A DNA stretch of 31,845 nt. Source: Alphaproteobacteria bacterium. GTDB lineage: Bacteria; Pseudomonadota; Alphaproteobacteria; Rickettsiales; VGDC01. The stretch covers positions 1 through 31,845 of the forward strand of contig VGDC01000001.1 of assembly GCA_016869895.1 (NCBI GenBank), written 5' to 3'. Below are positions 28,427 to 31,845 of this stretch, in pieces (position 1 is the stretch's first letter; every line of letters starts with the position of its first letter). Under the pieces are notes generated by a model. That model was not told the origin of the DNA and did no database searches. It saw only the letters and a list, made by a program, of their open reading frames with translations. Position numbers and translations under genes: made by a program.

Positions 28427-29761
28427 ATGCGTATCGGTATTTTCGGGACGGGTTATGTCGGCCTCGTGCAGGCGGCTGTGCTGGCGGAAACGGGCTATAG
28501 CGTGCTGTGCGTCGATGTGGATGCGTCGAAAGTGGCGCGACTGGAAGCAGGCGAAATCCCCATCTATGAACCCGGTCTAGAAGGGCTGGTGAAGCATAAC
28601 CGTGCGGAAGGCCGCTTGAAATTCACCACGCAGGCCGCCGATGCGGTGAAGCATGCGGGCATCCAATACATCGCCGTGGGCACGCCGCCCGATGAGGATG
28701 GCTCCGCCGATTTGAAATATGTGTTGGCTGTGGCGGAGAGCATCGCCATCCATATGGAATCCCACCAGATCGTCATCAACAAATCCACTGTACCCGTCGG
28801 AACAGGGGACAAGGTGCGCGCGAAAATCGCCGAGACGCTGAAAGAACGTGGCCGCGAAGACCTGACCTTCGATGTGGTGTCCAACCCCGAATTCCTCAAG
28901 GAAGGCTCGGCGGTGGGCGATTGCATGAAGCCCGACCGGATCGTCATCGGCACGAACAGCCGCGAGACGGAAGCGGTGATGCGCGAGCTTTATGCCCCCT
29001 TCAACCGCAACCATGAGAAAATCATCGTGATGGATGTGCGCAGTGCGGAAATGACCAAATACGCCGCGAACTGCATGCTGGCGACCCGCATCACCTTCAT
29101 GAACGAGATGGCCAACCTCGCCGAGAAGCTGGGGGCGGATATCGAACAGGTGCGCCATGGCATCGGGTCTGACCCGCGTATCGGCTATCACTTCATCTAC
29201 CCCGGCATCGGCTATGGCGGCTCGTGTTTCCCCAAGGACGTGCGCGCGCTCATCCAGACGGCGAAGGCGGTGGGCTATGAAACCACGCTGCTGAACGCGG
29301 TGGAGAACCGCAATAACACGCAGAAAACTGTACTCTTCAACAAGCTGAACGCCTATTTCGGTGGCGACCTCAAAGGCAAGGTCATCGCACTTTGGGGGCT
29401 GGCGTTCAAGCCGAATACCGATGATATGCGCGAAGCACCGTCGCGCGTGTTGATGGAAGCGCTGTGGGAAGCGGGCGCAAGCGTGCGCGCTTTTGACCCC
29501 GAAGCCATGCAGGAAGCCGAGCGGGTGTATGGCAAAAGCGACCGATTGACGCTGGTGGAGAACAAGGAAGCCGCGCTGGAGGGCGCGGATGCGCTGGCCA
29601 TCGTGACCGAGTGGAAAGCCTTCCACGCGCCGGATTTTGCGCGCATCAAAAACACGCTGCGTGAGCCTGCCATCTTTGACGGACGCAATATCTATGACCC
29701 CGCCGTCGTCGCGCGCCACGGCATCGACTATTATGCTATCGGGCGCGGAAAGACCATTTAA
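28427..29761 (+). CDS. ugd: UDP-glucose 6-dehydrogenase (444 aa)
   Basis: True start [12 protein letters not shown]; [57 protein letters not shown]. Confidence 0.96.
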   Translation: MRIGIFGTGYVGLVQAAVLAETGYSVLCVDVDASKVARLEAGEIPIYEPGLEGLVKHNRAEGRLKFTTQAADAVKHAGIQYIAVGTPPDEDGSADLKYVLAVAESIAIHMESHQIVINKSTVPVGTGDKVRAKIAETLKERGREDLTFDVVSNPEFLKEGSAVGDCMKPDRIVIGTNSRETEAVMRELYAPFNRNHEKIIVMDVRSAEMTKYAANCMLATRITFMNEMANLAEKLGADIEQVRHGIGSDPRIGYHFIYPGIGYGGSCFPKDVRALIQTAKAVGYETTLLNAVENRNNTQKTVLFNKLNAYFGGDLKGKVIALWGLAFKPNTDDMREAPSRVLMEALWEAGASVRAFDPEAMQEAERVYGKSDRLTLVENKEAALEGADALAIVTEWKAFHAPDFARIKNTLREPAIFDGRNIYDPAVVARHGIDYYAIGRGKTI

Positions 29762-29781
29762 CCCCTAAAAATTCGAAATAG

Positions 29782-31719
29782 ATGAAAAAAGAACAAGAAA
29801 AATACTGTTTCACCACCGTTGTTTCTGACAATTTCGTCCACGGATTCATCGTGATGCTGTGCTCGCTGCGGGAGAAGAACCCGTGGATGAATGCGCCGTT
29901 CTACGTGTTCCACCATGAGCGCGAATGCCCGCTTTCCGAAGCCAGCATGACGGAGATGCGGAAGTATTACGACAACATCATCTTCCACCGCGTGGACATC
30001 GAGAAGTTCGAGCGCATCCTGCATGCGCGCGACAATGTCATCAAGACACCGGAGCGCCTCGCTTCCGCCTTTTTCATCATGGAAGCCTTCACTTTCAGCG
30101 ATTACGACCGCGTCATCTGCATCGACAGTGACATGCTGGTGCTGGGGGATATTTCCGAGCTAGTGCGCGTGAAAGCCGACCTCGCGGTGGTGCATGAATA
30201 CGATAGCCGCACCTATCAGCAGAAGAAGCATTTCAACAGCGGCATCGTGGTCATCGGCAAGAAATATCTGCATGCGGATAGTTTGAAGGACATCAGCGAT
30301 TCGCTGGACCGTTTCGACCTGAAAGCTAAGCACGGCAAGGCTGATCAGGCGGTGCTGAACTGCTATTTCGCCGATAAGGAGCTCACCTTCCTACCCCATG
30401 CCTTCAACTGCCTGAAACGGCTTTATGGCGATTCCTATGCCAAGCCCTACAACGATTTGCACACAGGCAGCCGGAAAATCGCTGCGAAACTGCAGAAGGA
30501 TGGCATCCGCATCCTGCATTATGTGGGCGAGAAGCCATGGAACCTGAAGCGTAAGCCGGTCGAGATGCGCTATTACTGCGCAGAGGAGCTGTGGCACGAT
30601 GCCTTCCGCAAATATGCTTCGCCGGAGGCGCAGCACCGCTACCTGACCGATTTCCGCCGTCATGCGGATGAGCAGGTGGCGCAGTTGACCAAACGCATCG
30701 AGAAATACCGTGCCTTCTGGCCGTATCGTCTGCAGAAGACGCTGGAGAACCTGAGCGACAGCAAGTCCATCGGTGAACTTGGCGAAAAGCTGGTGAAATT
30801 GGCTGTGCATGTGGCGAAACGCCTGCGCGTGAAGGTCATCCACGCATGGATGCGCTATCGCCAGCTGGACGAGAAATCGCTGGAGAAGCGTCAACGCGAA
30901 CAGCGGATGGATGTGCAGCGCAGGGCGTTCCTCGATTCCGGTGAATACGACCGTCTGCGCGCCCGATTTGAGAACAAATACGAAGGCCAGCGGTGCTTCA
31001 TCATCGGCAATGGCCCGTCGCTGAACCAGCAGGACTTGTCGGTGTTGAGGGATGAGCAGGTCTTCTGCACCAACTGGTTCATGAACCATCCGCAATACCA
31101 CGACATCAATCCGCAGTTCTATGCCCTCTGCTCCCACCAGATTTTCGGTGGCTGGTCGCACGAGCATATCCAGCTGGAGAAGGGCATGGAGACCGCGCTG
31201 GCCACACATACGCGTGATTCTGTCAAGTTCTTCTCCCACGTGTTCAAGTCGCATCTGGAGAGCCAGACGGCACTGGCCGACCACGAGCTGTATTATCTGA
31301 TGTTCGACAAGCCGAAGAACTTCATCCATAAAATCGACGACATGAATCTCGACCTCAGCCGCAACATGGACGATGGGCACACGGGGGTCATCACCTTCTG
31401 CATCCCGCTGGCCATCTTCATGGGGTTCAAGGAAATCTACCTGCTCGGCTGCGATTGTGATTATGGCATCGACGACGGCAAGACGGATGTGCAGTATTTC
31501 TACGAGAAAGAGAAACACACCACCCAGCTCACCGATATGGACAGCCTGCGCCGGACATGGTCATACCCCGACGGAGCGGCATTCAAGGCTTATGCAGTGG
31601 CAAAGCGCAAGGCCGACGAAGCGGGTGTGCGCATCGTGAATCTCACGGCAGGCGGCAGGCTGGAGGTCTTTCCGCGGGAATCCTTAGAGGACGTGGTGAA
31701 ACAGCCGGAAGCCGCTTAG
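29782..31719 (+). CDS. Bifunctional glycosyltransferase: GT8 domain plus DUF115/Maf-like (CstII-related) domain
   Basis: N-half IDSDML, FNSGIVVI, DQAVLN, LP.AFN, HYVGEKPW; C-half RCFIIGNGPSL, FCTN, LAIFMGFKEIYLLGCD. Confidence 0.85.
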   Translation: MKKEQEKYCFTTVVSDNFVHGFIVMLCSLREKNPWMNAPFYVFHHERECPLSEASMTEMRKYYDNIIFHRVDIEKFERILHARDNVIKTPERLASAFFIMEAFTFSDYDRVICIDSDMLVLGDISELVRVKADLAVVHEYDSRTYQQKKHFNSGIVVIGKKYLHADSLKDISDSLDRFDLKAKHGKADQAVLNCYFADKELTFLPHAFNCLKRLYGDSYAKPYNDLHTGSRKIAAKLQKDGIRILHYVGEKPWNLKRKPVEMRYYCAEELWHDAFRKYASPEAQHRYLTDFRRHADEQVAQLTKRIEKYRAFWPYRLQKTLENLSDSKSIGELGEKLVKLAVHVAKRLRVKVIHAWMRYRQLDEKSLEKRQREQRMDVQRRAFLDSGEYDRLRARFENKYEGQRCFIIGNGPSLNQQDLSVLRDEQVFCTNWFMNHPQYHDINPQFYALCSHQIFGGWSHEHIQLEKGMETALATHTRDSVKFFSHVFKSHLESQTALADHELYYLMFDKPKNFIHKIDDMNLDLSRNMDDGHTGVITFCIPLAIFMGFKEIYLLGCDCDYGIDDGKTDVQYFYEKEKHTTQLTDMDSLRRTWSYPDGAAFKAYAVAKRKADEAGVRIVNLTAGGRLEVFPRESLEDVVKQPEAA

Positions 31720-31844
31720 TCGCAGCCGCTTGTTCGTGAATCGGCGAGCTTATAAAGCTCTCTCGCCGGAACGCCATACTCCAGCGACGTATCTGCTTCA
31801 AAAGTGATGACTTTCCGGTAGTCGGTTAAAGCGGTCACTTCCTT
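31716..31844 (-). CDS. 3' end of an unidentified convergent gene (partial)
   Basis: Only open minus frame from the window edge: KEVTALTDYRKVITFEADTSLEYGVPARELYKLADSRTSGCD*; its stop overlaps the GT8 gene stop. Confidence 0.4.
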   Translation of the reverse strand, partial: KEVTALTDYRKVITFEADTSLEYGVPARELYKLADSRTSGCD

Positions 31845-31845
31845 T

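Noticed and set aside
31741-31768. Hairpin GGCGAGCTT-ATA-AAGCTC..TCGCC as terminator of the GT8 gene
   Set aside because: No U-tract, and it lies inside the probable convergent coding end; cannot be supported

Overview
GC-rich alphaproteobacterial chromosomal segment. The left ~10.9 kb is conserved housekeeping synteny: partial leuA, ilvC, ilvN/H, ilvB/I, miaA, serB, degP, hflC, hflK and mrp/apbC. The leuA leader looks like an attenuator. Next come a two-gene gene-transfer-agent (RcGTA-like) tail islet (an in-frame g10+g10.1 chaperone fusion and a short tape-measure protein), an AsmA-family gene, rlmJ, an AT-rich orphan lipoprotein, YihY, a CPA1 Na+/H+ antiporter, a poxvirus-type topoisomerase IB and a DUF3750-like protein. 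The right ~11.3 kb is an ABC-transporter-dependent surface-glycan locus. It holds wzm/wzt, a PMI-type cupin, a short NeuB, a NeuA-HAD phosphatase fusion, a eukaryote-type GT29 sialyltransferase-like gene, ugd and a GT8-DUF115 fusion, and together these point to a phosphorylated-intermediate (probably KDN) sialylation pathway. An AT-rich MuF-domain/colicin-M-like candidate toxin and a convergent 4-TM candidate immunity gene sit inside this locus. No rRNA, tRNA, CRISPR array, transposase or integrase was recognised. All family calls come from motif recognition by eye, with no database search.
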